Source: Octopus vulgaris (lineage: Eukaryota). From it: DNA of 64,000 nucleotides. Positions 1-13,000 of this stretch are shown here, piece by piece. Below the pieces are notes generated by a model. That model made no database searches. It was not told the origin of the DNA and saw nothing but the letters and a program-made list of their open reading frames with translations. Where the stretch lies: assembly GCA_951406725.2 (NCBI GenBank), contig OX597816.1:27156001-27220000 (forward strand), given 5' to 3'. The position numbers and the translations under genes were made by a program. The stretch's first letter is position 1; each line of letters opens with the position of its first letter.

Positions 1-660
1 TGCCTCAACAGGTCTTCGCAAACAGAGTTTAGTGTCCAATGAAGGAAAGGTACACATAAGTGGGCTGGTTACACCACTTGGCTTGCTGGGTCTTTTCAAG
101 CACTGCATATTTCCAAAGGTCTCGGTCATTAGTCATTGCCTCAGTAAAGCCTAATGTTCGAAGGTCGTGCTTCACCACTTCATCCCAGGTCTTCCTGGGT
201 CTACCTCTTCCACAATTTCTCTCAGCTGCTAGGGTATGACGCTTTTTCACACAGCTGTCCTCATCCATTCTCACCACATGACCATACCAGCACAGTCGTC
301 TTTCTTGTACACTACATCTGATGCTTCTTAGGTCCAACTTTTCTCTCAAGGCACTTACACTCTGTTGAGTATGCACACTAACATTACACATCCAGTAGAG
401 CATACTGGCTTCATTCCTTGCAAGCTTACGCATGCCCTCAGTAGTCATGTTTCACTGCCATGTAGCATGGCTGTTCATACACATGCATCATACAGTCTAC
501 ATTTTACTCTGAGCGAGAGGCCCTTTGTCACCAGCAGAGGTAGGAGCTCTCTGAACTTTGCCCAGGCAGTTCTTATTCTAGCAGCTACACTTTCAAAGTA
601 CCTAACCCCCCCGACTGACTTAGCACCTAGGCAATGGAAGCTATCAACTACTTCTAGTTT
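1..660 (-). mobile_element. RTE-clade LINE 3' fragment (decayed)
   Basis: ARIRTAWAKFRELLPLL...RRLCWYGHVVRM...GRGRPRKTWDEVVKHDL, broken by frameshifts. Confidence 0.88.
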
Positions 661-706
661 TTGTATATATATATGTATATATACACACACACACATTTAT
701 ATATAT

Positions 707-927
707 ATTTCTTTATTACCTACAAGGGGCTAAACACAGAGAGGACAAACAAGGACAGACAAACGGATTAAGTCGATCCCAGTGTGCAACTGGTACTTAA
801 TTTATCGACCCCGAAAGGATGAAAGGCAAAGTCGACCTCGGCGGAATTTGAACTCAGAACGTAACGGCAGACGAAAAACGGCCACGCATTTCGCCCGGCG
901 TGCTAACGTTTCTGCCAGCTCGCCGCC
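707..927 (-). mobile_element. tRNA-derived SINE, family A
   Basis: GGCGGCGAGCTGGCAGAA...GAGTTCAAATTCC head; near-identical copies elsewhere in the window. Confidence 0.88.
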
Positions 928-1749
928 TTGCACATTTATATATAAGTGTGCTTGCTTGTACATATATGTGCATGTGCATGCATATGTAGGCAGCCATAGA
1001 AGTCAAGCCCAAAACAGACGACTGGAGCTAAGTGCAGTTCCTTGGCTTGCCAGCTCCAGTCAAACTGTCTAACCTGTGACAGCATTGAAAATGGACGTTA
1101 AATGATAATGATGATGATGATAATGATGAAGCTGATGAACAGAATGCCCATTCAAGACTAGATTTAACAAGCACAAGTCTTCGTTTAATATCCAGGAGAA
1201 CCATGTCACATCATTGACAGGACATATAAGGACATTGAAAAAAAAAACCTTCACAATATAACAAGTAGAGACTGCCAAAAAAGTTCAGCCCTTAACTCAA
1301 CAGTAACAGAATAAAGAATCATATTTAAAAGAACCTTTCATCTATGGGACCTATCTGAAACTTCAAAAGTGAAGTTTTTACCTCGTGCCCTTATGAATGT
1401 AAGTATATTTTAATCAGCTGGTAGGGTATGCTACAAGTATGATGATTAGCTCTTCCCCACTCGATATTTTTCTTTCTCCTCTCCACCCCAAGCTTGCCCC
1501 GTCGTGTGAACTTTTTTGGTTCCTGAACGTTGGCATACAGGTCAACGACTAATAAAAAAAAGACCAATCCTAGGGACAATTCTGATGGGCTTAAGACCAT
1601 CTTTTCCATATATATACTTATACATGCATACAAGCAACCAGACAACAAGTTTTAAGACTAACCCTGACCATCTCTCCCATCCTGCTCAATCCTCTCTCTC
1701 TCTCTCTCATGCCTCTATCCCCATTTCATTCTCCCCACCTTACCCTTAG

Positions 1750-3810
1750 ACCCACTTACTACAATCAACTATCACATAAAACTGGAATGGACTTACGTGA
1801 ACTTTGTTATTGATCACTAGATAACTGCGCTGTACCTGATGTATATCCTATTCCACTTCTACAGGACTTTTCTAGCTTGCTGCATAGAACTTGCATCTTT
1901 TCAAAGATCGACCTTGTGTGAGATTACAGTCAAATCCCTGTGGAACCTGTGGAGATTCCGAAGACAGCAGTCACAACACTCTTCAGAATGTTTGAATTCC
2001 AGTGTATGCCTTTCGGTTTATGCAACTTGGCACAGACATTCCAACGTTTTATAGACTCAGTTATCAGAGGTTTGCCTTCTATCTATGCATACATAGACGA
2101 TATACACGTGGCCAGTTGCTCAGACGAAGAGCATGATTAACACCTGCACCTGCTATTCCAATACCTGTGTCAATACAGTATTATCAACCCCAGCAAGTGT
2201 TCGTTTAAAGTTGCGTCCCTTCATTTTCCTGGGCACATCGTTGATAAGGTTGGCATTTGCCCACTTCTTAATTTTCCACCAGCCACATCACGGGAATTTC
2301 TTGGCTTGGTGAATATCTACTGGAGATTTTTACTCCACTGTGCAGAGACAGCCCAACCACTCACAGATTTGCTACGACAGTGAACATGCAAAAATACAAA
2401 CAATTCCCTGAGTGAAGAACAACTTGCCTCTTTCACTTCCTTGAAAATAGTGTTATCCAATGCTACTATACTGGTGTATCCCAAACCAGATGCCCCACTG
2501 TGCGTACTAGTGGATGCATCTGATTCCAGAGTTGAACTTGTGCTCCAACAACTCACTGACGGTATTTGGCAACCTGTATCCTTCTCCAAGCGCTTAAAAC
2601 TTGCTGAGACTAAATACAGTACATTCAATCAAGAATTACTGGCAGTGTATCTCGCTGTTAAGCATTTACAACACATGCTGGAAGGTTACATTTTCTCCAT
2701 TTATACCCATTTCTTTATTACCCACAAGGGGCTAAACATAGAGGGGACAAACAAGGACAGACATGGGTATTAAGTCGATTACATCGACCCCAGTGCGTAA
2801 CTGGTACTTAAGTTATCGACGCCGAAAGGATGAAAGGCAAAGTCGACCTCGGCGGAATTTGAACTAACAACGTAACGGCAGACGAAATACCGCTAAGCAT
2901 TTCGCCCGGTGTGCTAACGTTTCTGCCAGCTCGCCGCCTATATTTCTCCATTTATACCGACCATAAACCACCAGTTCATGCCTTCAACACCAAGCCCGAT
3001 TGTCACTCACACCGGGAAGTCTGACATCTAGACTTCATATCACAGTACACAACAGACATTCACCACATTAAGGGTGCAAACAACTCTGCAGCTGATGCCC
3101 TGTTATGCATGGAACTTATCGCTATCCACACCACTGCTACCATTGATCTCCAGCAGATTGCAGCTGATGAACAAGATGATGAAGTACTATTATCGCTCCG
3201 GAATTCGTCATCTCTGAAATTTTGGGCAATCACAGGCTATATTTTGTGCGACACCTGTAGTGGTCATGAACATCCATACGTGCTTCAGAAACACAGACGT
3301 GCCGTTTTCTCTGCTCTGCATTCCCTAGCACATCCTGGTGTCCACACCACATGAAAGCTGATATCGACCCATTTAGTGTGGCCCAATATCAATAAGAACA
3401 CCTATGATTGGGCTAGGACCTGCATTGCGTGCCAAAAAGCAATGGTCCACCAACACATTAAATCTCCCATCGGTTCCTTTGCAACTCCAGATGCGCATTT
3501 TCAACACATGCATATTGACATTGTTGGACCTTTGCCTCCTTCCAACAACTGCACTCACCTGTTCAACTGTGTTGACAGATTTTCTCGCCGGCCGGAAGCT
3601 TTTCCCCTATCAGAACACTTCTGCGGAAACTGTCACCAAAACGCTGATTTCGGGTCAATATTCAGAAACACGAGTCCGTGTGTATCATAGGTTGAAGACG
3701 GGAAGGATGGCTTCCCTTTGCAAATACTGATAGAGCACAGAAAGTGTGTCAATAGCCAGCTGGAGGAGGTGTCCTCCTGGGCTACAAGCTACAGTAGCAT
3801 CCACCCTTAG
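1750..3810 (+). mobile_element. Ty3/Gypsy pol remnant (RT, RNase H, integrase) interrupted by a SINE
   Basis: MPFGLCN..QTFQRFID..YIDD; VDAS..KYSTFNQELLAVY; H..H..C..C then HIDIVGPLP..CVDRFSR; multiple stops and frameshifts. Confidence 0.92.
2708..2938 (-). mobile_element. SINE family A inserted in Gypsy RNase H region
   Basis: Flanked by target duplication TTTCTCCATTTATACC (2692-2707 and 2943-2958). Confidence 0.9.
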
Positions 3811-5036
3811 GGGCTAGCCACATTTAAGTGGCAAATATAATTCACGACTTTGTAAAGTATTTTCCAGTTAATATTTTCCCTCTTCAAATTTCAGAATGTG
3901 TGCATATGTTGTTTGTATTAACTTTGAAAGAGTTGGCTGTTAAACTTAAGTGTGATGGTGAGGAAAAATGCATGGAATAAGTTGTTTACTGCCACAATAT
4001 AGGCTATGGTACTAGCCAGACACTTTTCTATTCCAAAGGAAAAAAAGGATAGTTGTAACTTTGTTTGTTGAACTTGTGAGGTTTTGGTCAGTTGCATAAG
4101 TTTCGTAAGATAGGTTAAGTTAGTATTTTGAAAATTATTATAAAATACAATGTTTTGATGTTTTTGTATTTCTTAACTTATACTTTTTATGGATAGGGAA
4201 AAATATTTTTGTAGGATTTCAATGAATAGAGTTACTATTGTGATTGAAACTTGTTAGTTAATTGAGGGATTAAACTAGACCTCATGTAATACATTTATTC
4301 GGTGACCTAGTATTAAAAATAATAAAGAAAACGAAGTCACATAATTTCGACATTTTAAGTGCGTTGCGGAGCCTGACGATATAAATTTTAGAGCTTGAGA
4401 TTTTAACGCTCTTGTTTTTAAAGAATTTCGCAAAGAAAATCGTATCGTAACAATGAATGTAAAAAATGAAAGGAAGAACGGCAAACGTGTTACAAAGTGA
4501 TATTTCGATCATTATTCAAAATTTCAAGTGGGCTGCGGAACCGGAAGATGTAAATTTAAGAACTTCAGATTTTAACACAGTTATTTCTAAAGAATTTTGC
4601 AATAGAAAATATATTCTTTAAAGCATAGTTTGAAAATCTGTGTAAAATGTACCTCTTCGTTCTACCCTAACGTGTATGTAAACTACAGTATTGAGAAGCC
4701 GTACACGGGAGGTAAGTCTATCAAGGGACGTAACTTCAGTAAAACTTACAAAAATAAAAAGTTAACTGGTCAGAATAATTTTGCAATTGTTTTATTTTAA
4801 TTATATATATATATATATATATGTATGAAATTACAAAGTGAGATAGGGGTTATGAGTGTAACCTATTATGGGATATCAGTTATCCAATATAATGCTAGTG
4901 AAGTACCCAAAAGGCAAATACATAAATGCTTATAATTGCAATGCAATTAATTCATATATTGTATTAGATGGGCGATATGTATATTTCGTTTTTGGATTTG
5001 GTTTGCAAAATTCTTTATGAGTTCGTGTGTTGATGC

Positions 5037-5325
5037 ATATTCTGTTGTGTCTGAGGAGAGTCATTCTCTTTTAGTGCCTTATTATTTAACACAATCACCG
5101 GTAAAATTTCCACTTATTCCTTATTTTTATTTTCTAAAATTTTCGTTGCGTCTTCCACCCTTTTCAATAGTCTTGCAACATTTCATTAGTCAAGATTATT
5201 GAAAAAGTTGCAAGACGCAACGAAAATTTTAGAAAATAGAAATAAGAAATAAGTGGAAATGTTACCGGTGAGTGTGTTAAATAAGGCACTAAAAGAGAAT
5301 GACTCTCCCCAGACACAACAGAATA
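5037..5325. repeat. Long inverted repeat, ~140-bp arms
   Basis: ATATTCTGTTGTGTCTG... / ...CAGACACAACAGAATAT. Confidence 0.9.
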
Positions 5326-5635
5326 TATATATATATATATATATTTATTATATAGAAGGAGCTTCTACAGGACTAGAACTGTTTCATTCAAGAGAAATCT
5401 TCAGGAAGCTAGTTAACAAGAATTGTATTGGCATTTATACATTTAGGCAGGTTTAAAGGGGTGGTGGTGGGGGACTTTTTGGGGGTAGGCATAGCGCAAA
5501 AAAATCATACTTGGGGGAGTGGTCAAGGAGTCAGTGGTAAATTAGATAGAAGAATAAATAAAAGAATAAAAAAAGGGGAATAAAAAAATATATAGAAGAA
5601 TAGAGTTTTAGGTAAATAAGGAAAATCTCACTTAT

Positions 5636-5707
5636 ACCTATACACATATGTATACGTATATACACACACACACACACATATACATACTCACATACATACA
5701 CACACAC

Positions 5708-5750
<43 letters not shown>

Positions 5751-6022
5751 CACACACATACATACACATACATATATCTACATATACACATATATATATA
5801 TATATATATATATATCTATATATACATACACATATACATGCATATACATATACACACACACATGTATATATATACACACACACGACCACACATACACATA
5901 CACACAAAAAAAATATATACATACACACACATACACATACACACATACACACACATATATCCACATACACACATGCACACACAACACACAAGTCCCTATA
6001 TACTCATATATACTTATACACA

Positions 6023-6070
<48 letters not shown>

Positions 6071-6516
6071 CATATGTGTACCTATTCATACCTACACATA
6101 CACACATATATACATACAAATACAAACCCATTCCCTAATTTTAATTTTATTATCTTCATTTATTACTTTTGTTATCTTTGACCGCTGGTCACAAGCATCT
6201 TGGCTACAACAGCTAGTCCCTTTTATCTTTCTACTTGAGCACAAGCACTCACTCACGCACGCACACTCGTTAGCACGCACACTCACTCATTCGTACACTC
6301 ATACACATACACGCATGCACGCGTTATATTCATACATACATACATCTACATACATACACGTATATACACATACGTACGCGTACCTACAGATTCATGTCTA
6401 CAATCTTAGAAGACTAGTCTATACATATACACCAATAAATATATATACACACATACATATACACCTACATACAAATACATACATACATATATATACACAC
6501 ACATATACATACACAT

Positions 6517-6559
<43 letters not shown>

Positions 6560-6688
6560 CATATCCGCATACATACATACATACACCCATACATACATAC
6601 GTATATACACACATACATACACCCACACGTATACATATACATACATATACGTGCATGCATACACATACAAATACATACACATACACAT

Positions 6689-6743
<55 letters not shown>

Positions 6744-7130
6744 CATACACATACATACATACATATACATATATACACACACACATACATACACATATAC
6801 ACATACACGCACATACTCATATACATGCGTACCCATACACACACACACACACGCGCATCCATATATACACATAAGTACACACATGCGTAAAAGTATACAT
6901 ATATCTATGCTTACACATACACACACACACACACGCCACTCCTTATGTTCATACTTACATGCATACTCAAAAAATAAGTAATAAAATATATATACGTGCA
7001 GTTATTCATACATGCATACTCAAAAAATAAATAATAAATAATAAATATTAAGTATATATACGTGCAGTTACCTATTATACAGACGGATACATACATATAA
7101 ACTTACACACACATATATATACATATATAC

Positions 7131-7195
<65 letters not shown>

Positions 7196-7340
7196 TACAC
7201 ATATGTACATATACATACACACATACATAACTCTACGTACCTACATATACCTAAACACACGAGCGTACACGTATATGTACATATACACATACACATACAC
7301 ACGCATATATACATACATGCACATACATACACGCACATAT

Positions 7341-7397
<57 letters not shown>

Positions 7398-7636
7398 CAT
7401 ATACACACATATATACATACATATACATACACACACATACACATACACACATATACATATATATATATATATACATATATATACACATATACATATATAT
7501 ACATATACACATACATACATACACATACATATACATATACACACATACACACACACACATACATATATACACACACACACATACATATACATACACACAT
7601 ACATACACACATATATACACATACATACATATATAC

Positions 7637-7687
<51 letters not shown>

Positions 7688-7940
7688 TACATATACATGT
7701 GTGCAAACATACATACATACTCATACACACTCACACACTTACATATACATATATACACACACTTACACACATATATATATATATACATATATATATACAT
7801 ATACATACATACATATAAATATATATATATATATACATATATATACACACACATATCTATACACACTTACACATATGTACACATACACACACATATTCAC
7901 ATATATACATATATACATATATATACACATATATACACAT

Positions 7941-7975
<35 letters not shown>

Positions 7976-8187
7976 CATATATACATATACATATATATAC
8001 ACATACATATATACATACATACATACGCACACATATATATATACCCACACCTACACATACACACATATATATACATATATACATACATATACACACATAC
8101 ACACACACACACATATATATGTACATACATACACATACACATACATATACATATACATATACACATGCACATGCACATACATACATA

Positions 8188-8223
<36 letters not shown>
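5636..8223. repeat. Compound (TA)n/(CA)n/(TACA)n microsatellite field
   Basis: Direct reading; source of the Y/I/H/T and C/V/M/Y pseudo-ORFs. Confidence 0.97.
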
Positions 8224-8227
<4 letters not shown>

Positions 8228-8414
8228 TTTATTTATTTTCTATAATTTGAAGTTTGTATAAAATCTCAATGTGTGAGAAAAACTGAGTGGAATCATGAGT
8301 CCAGTAATTCACCGTTAAATAGTTCTAATACGTTCTTCCTTCCTTTAAAACAGTTGGGATCTTTTTCCCTTTGATTACTTTTAACGGGTCAAGGGATCAC
8401 ATAAAGCGTACCTC

Positions 8415-8436
8415 GACAGCGCGCGCGCGCGTGTTT

Positions 8437-8487
<51 letters not shown>

Positions 8488-8716
8488 GGAACGAAATCAA
8501 TGTTCCCCATTCCACGTTTTATGTACATCAGTGAATCACGTGATTAGACATGGCTCGTCGTTTGTTTTGACGTGTCGGAATCGTTGGCCGAAGAGGAAAT
8601 AATTACATTTATTAAAATTTAAGGTGTCTTATATATTGTAATTCTATACTATTTAGTGTGTCTTGCATTGCAATGTATTAAAGTAGCTGACAAAGATATT
8701 TATTTCAACCTCCAAC
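8415..8716 (+). promoter_or_regulatory. Putative COG7 promoter / 5' UTR
   Basis: Locally CpG-rich; (GC)n, (GA)n, CCACGT 8512, palindromic AATCACGTGATT 8534-8545, TGACGTG 8568 and CGGAA 8576 lie just upstream of ATG|GT. Confidence 0.55.
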
Positions 8717-8719
8717 ATG
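8717..8719 (+). CDS. COG7: COG7 coding exon 1 (ATG only)
   Basis: ccaacATG|gtaaat next to a promoter-like region; exon 2 begins in phase 0 at the second residue (D) of the conserved N-terminus. Confidence 0.8.
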
Positions 8720-10016
8720 GTAAATAACTTTAATTTCTTTTACAATTTCTGACCTTCACGACAGAAACGAAATATCACATTCATGTTGTCCTCAAGTATT
8801 GATGTCATCGTTGTTGTTTAATCCCTAATTAAGTAGACCTATTGTCAAAGACGTTCCAGCCATGGCTATTCCATCGTGGTCGTTTTAAGACAGTGGAGTC
8901 TCATTTGCGGTTATTGTTGTAAGCTGTAGGTTAACCCTGACTAATTAAATTTTACAATCAAAGGCGTTCCTGCCATGACTATTCCATCGTGGTCGTTTTA
9001 AGACAGTGCAAAGGCGTTCCTGCCATGACTATTCCATCGTGGTCGTTTTAAGATAGTGCAAAGGCGTTCCTGCCATGACTATTCCATTGTGGTAGTTTTA
9101 AGACAGTGCAAAGGCGTTCCTGCCATGACTATTCCATTGTGGTCGTTTTAATACAGTGCAAAGGCGTTCCTGCCATGACTATTCCATTGTGGTCGTTTTA
9201 AGACAGTGCAAAGGCGTTCCTGCCATGACTATTCCATCGTGGTCGTTTTAAGACAGTGCAAAGGCGTTCCTGCCATGACTATTCCATCGTGGTCGTTTTA
9301 AGACAGTGCAAAGGCGTTCCTGCCATGACTATTCCATTGTGGTCGTTTTAAGACAGTGCAAAGGCGTTCCTGCCATGACTATTCCACCGTGGTCGTTTTA
9401 AGACAGTGGAGTCTCATTTGCGGTTATTGTTGTAAGCTGTAGGTCGGCCTTGACTAATTAAATTTTACAATCAAAGGCGTTCCTGCCATAACCACCCTGT
9501 TATTGTATATCGGGAACGGCAGTGAACAGTGTCTTTCTTCTAGCAACATTAATGCTATTTTAGAGACTATGACTGCTATTTTTAGCATGTAGCTATTCTT
9601 TTTTCACAAAAGGTCATCCCAAAACAGAATAGCCGTGCCATATAAATACTTTTAAGGTACTACTAGCGAACAGTGGTCCCGGTGTGCGCATCTGCGCTAG
9701 CTAGTCGTAAGTAGTCGATCCTACAACGACTTTTTAACCCTAAACCTTACCCTAATTTTTTTACCCTAACCCTAGTTTGTTTATAAAAAATAATTTATTT
9801 ACTTACTCTTTTACTTGTTTCAGTCATTTGACTGCGGCCATGCTGGAGCACCGCCTTTAATCGAGCAACTCGACCCCGAGACTTATTCTTTTGTAAGCCC
9901 AGTACTTATTCTATGGGACCCTTTTGCCGAACCGCTAAGTAACGGGGACATAAACACACTAGCCTCGGTTGTCAAGCAATGCTAGGGGGACAAACACAGA
10001 CACACAAACACACACA

Positions 10017-10060
<44 letters not shown>

Positions 10061-13000
10061 TACGATGGGCTTCTTTCAGTTTCCATCTACCAAATCCACT
10101 CACAAGGCTTTGGTCGGCCCGAGGCTATAGCAGAAGACACTTGCCCAAGATGCCACGCAGTGGGACTGAACCCGGAACAATGTGGTTGGTAAGCAAGCTA
10201 CTTACCACACAGCCACTCCTGCGCAGTTTAAAAAATTGTAGGATCGACTACTTATAACTAGCTAGCGAGTGCGTGCACCAGGACCACTGTTCGCTTGTAG
10301 TACCTACTTTTAATAGAACACTTGATAGTGAGAAATAGTTTAACTGTTTTCCGTAAACGTCACTTCACACACATTTGTTGTCATCTTACATACAAACTTA
10401 TTCCAAAATCTTTACACTGATTGTAGTTCCATAAGATTTTAGTACTCGTAGGTTTCAAAGGTCCTCAAATTTTTATTGTCTACGAGCATGACTGTTTAAG
10501 AAGTTTATTTCAAAAACAAATGGTTTCAAGTTCAGCATCTTCTATAGACCCGAGTTGACCAAAGCTGTGTGAATGAATTTCGTCGACAGAAACTAAAAGA
10601 AGCCCGTTTATGTGTGTGTTTCCTTGACTTGACATTACGCGCTGGTTGTAAACAAACATCACCGTCAAACTAGTGGTATCGTTAGTTTGCAGTCTTTCTT
10701 GGTAGCATGCCCGGCTGCTGTACTGTTCTTGTTTGAAGAATTGGATCTGGGACCCCCTTCGGTCACGACATTGACCATGGGATTGCACCTAGAAAGTTAC
10801 CCTCCTAGTAACAAGTCTGGGCAAGGTGGTTTATGGAAGACCAGCAGTCGCCCATGCATACCGGCCTCCCCTCTCCACGCCACCAGTGGTATCCAAGGGA
10901 AAGGCAGCAGCCGATACAGCTTGGCACCAGTGACGTCGCAACTCATTTCTACAGCTGAGTGAACTGGGGCAATGTGAAATAAAGTGTCTTGCTCAAGAAC
11001 ACAAAACGCAGCCCGGTCCGGGATTCGAGCTCACAACCTCACGATCGTAAGATCGACGCTCTAACCACTGAGCCATGTGCCTTCACACAATTAGGGAAAA
11101 AATATTACCATGTTTGTTTGGCAACAGGAAGAGCATCCATCCATTTTAAAATTTATCTTAGTCATTTCGTCTGGCTGATGCAGACATGGAAATGTGGATG
11201 CTAATTCAATGATGATGATAATGAGTCGCTATTTTTATTTTGTTTGATATACACTGCAATCCTATCTTACTCTCTGCTACTGACATGTGTGGTTGCTTGC
11301 CCCTTTTCACAATATTAGTCAGCGGTCCAAAACTTCTGTTAATTTATCACCTGAAAGAAGCCTGTTGTATATATGTATATATATATGTATGTGTGTATGT
11401 TTGTGTGTCTGTGTTTGTCCCTCTAGCATTGCTTGACAACCGATGCTGGTGTGTTTACGTCCCCGTCACTTAGCGGTTCGGCAAAAGAGACCGATAGAAT
11501 AAGTACTGGGCTTACAAAGAATAAGTCCCGGGGTGGATTTGCTCGACTAAAGGTGGTGCTCCAGCATGGCCGCAGTCATATGACTGAAACAAGTAAAAGA
11601 GTAAAGAGCATCAATACCATTTTTGATGTGCTCTCCGTATGGCTTCAAGAGCTGACCACCTTGCTGAAATGAGGACACTAATAAAGCTGTATCTCAATCT
11701 GAGTATTTGCTTTTAAACTCAGTTATATGATAAACAAATTATAGCTTCCATTTTTCTTTTTCTTTTTTTTTTTCAAAGTCTAATCTAATATGTTGACAAA
11801 CTCTACTGAAACTGAGACAATATCGAAAGTTGCTAGTTTCAATGAAGAAGGGTCAACATTAAATTCAATTTAGTTTCTCAGCTTTTTACTAACATTAATG
11901 TATTAGAAACAAAATGTGAATGCATATAAGGAAAAAGAAAAATCAGTCAAAAGTAACTAATACTCATTTATATGCATCTGATATCTGCATTCCTCTACCT
12001 GTTATTTGTTTCGTATCATCTAATATAGTCTGGAGGAAAGGAACTGTACCTATGGCCTTCACAAGCTCTTCAAGACCAGATTATAATGATAAAAATGAGA
12101 AAGATAAGATGAGTATGGCTGGAATGTAATTTGATTGTAGGTCTGCTCAGTGATGGATAACCTGAAGTTAAACAACATAGCTTTAAAAAAAAGATTATTT
12201 TTAATACCAACCCACCTAAGACTGTCCTTCATTCTATGATACAAAAATTGTCCACTTGAAAGTGTTTCTATATAAATCATGTTACATTTCATAAAACTGT
12301 ATAATAATAAAGTTACTTATTTTGTTAAATCCTTCACAATTTTTGATAATTTTCAAAAGAAACTGATTCCGAAATCCGCCGAAACTACACCTGATTATAT
12401 ATACACTTTAGATGAGTTGTAGTGCACCTGAGCACTGTACACAATTATTATTATTATTATTATTATAAATACAATTACAAAATAGATGAATGTGTTTTCT
12501 GTTTAATGTGATGTTAAGCTTTGAAAAAGAAAGCCTCTTGGAAAAATATATCTGAAAATTATTATCCAAAGTATGCTTGCTGTATAGTGTTAACATCACA
12601 TCAGGAATTTGAAATGATACCTGCTAAATTCTTATGTAAATATTCCTTTTTTTTTTCAGGATTATTCAAAATTTTTAGATGAGAATTTTGATGTGAAGGA
12701 ATGGGTGAATGGAGCCTTCAGGTCCCATAAAGACACTACAGTCAGTAAAGATGTAAGTGGATTGATGTTAATAAAACTAACACAAACTTTAAAACAACTA
12801 AATCATAGTTTTAACTTAAAATTTATAATGATTTTAAATTATGGAGAATTTTAGGTTCTTTGTATTCAACTTTCAGTATCTCATTGTGTTCATGACAAAA
12901 ACATTTAAGTCTGCAGAACTTCAGCTCCATATATGAACTACATAAAATATCATGGATCTTTTCAGTTTGAACGGCAGTTTTTAACATAATTTCTAGGTAA

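Noticed and set aside
1940-3730. Functional Gypsy pol or domesticated gene
   Set aside because: Many stops, frameshifts, deletions and a SINE insertion; no LTRs recognised
5531-8261. Long ORFs up to 352 aa on both strands
   Set aside because: Stop-free translations of TA/CA microsatellites with no coding signal
8960-9408. Possible CRISPR array
   Set aside because: Head-to-tail identical units with no unique spacers, no cas genes, eukaryotic intron
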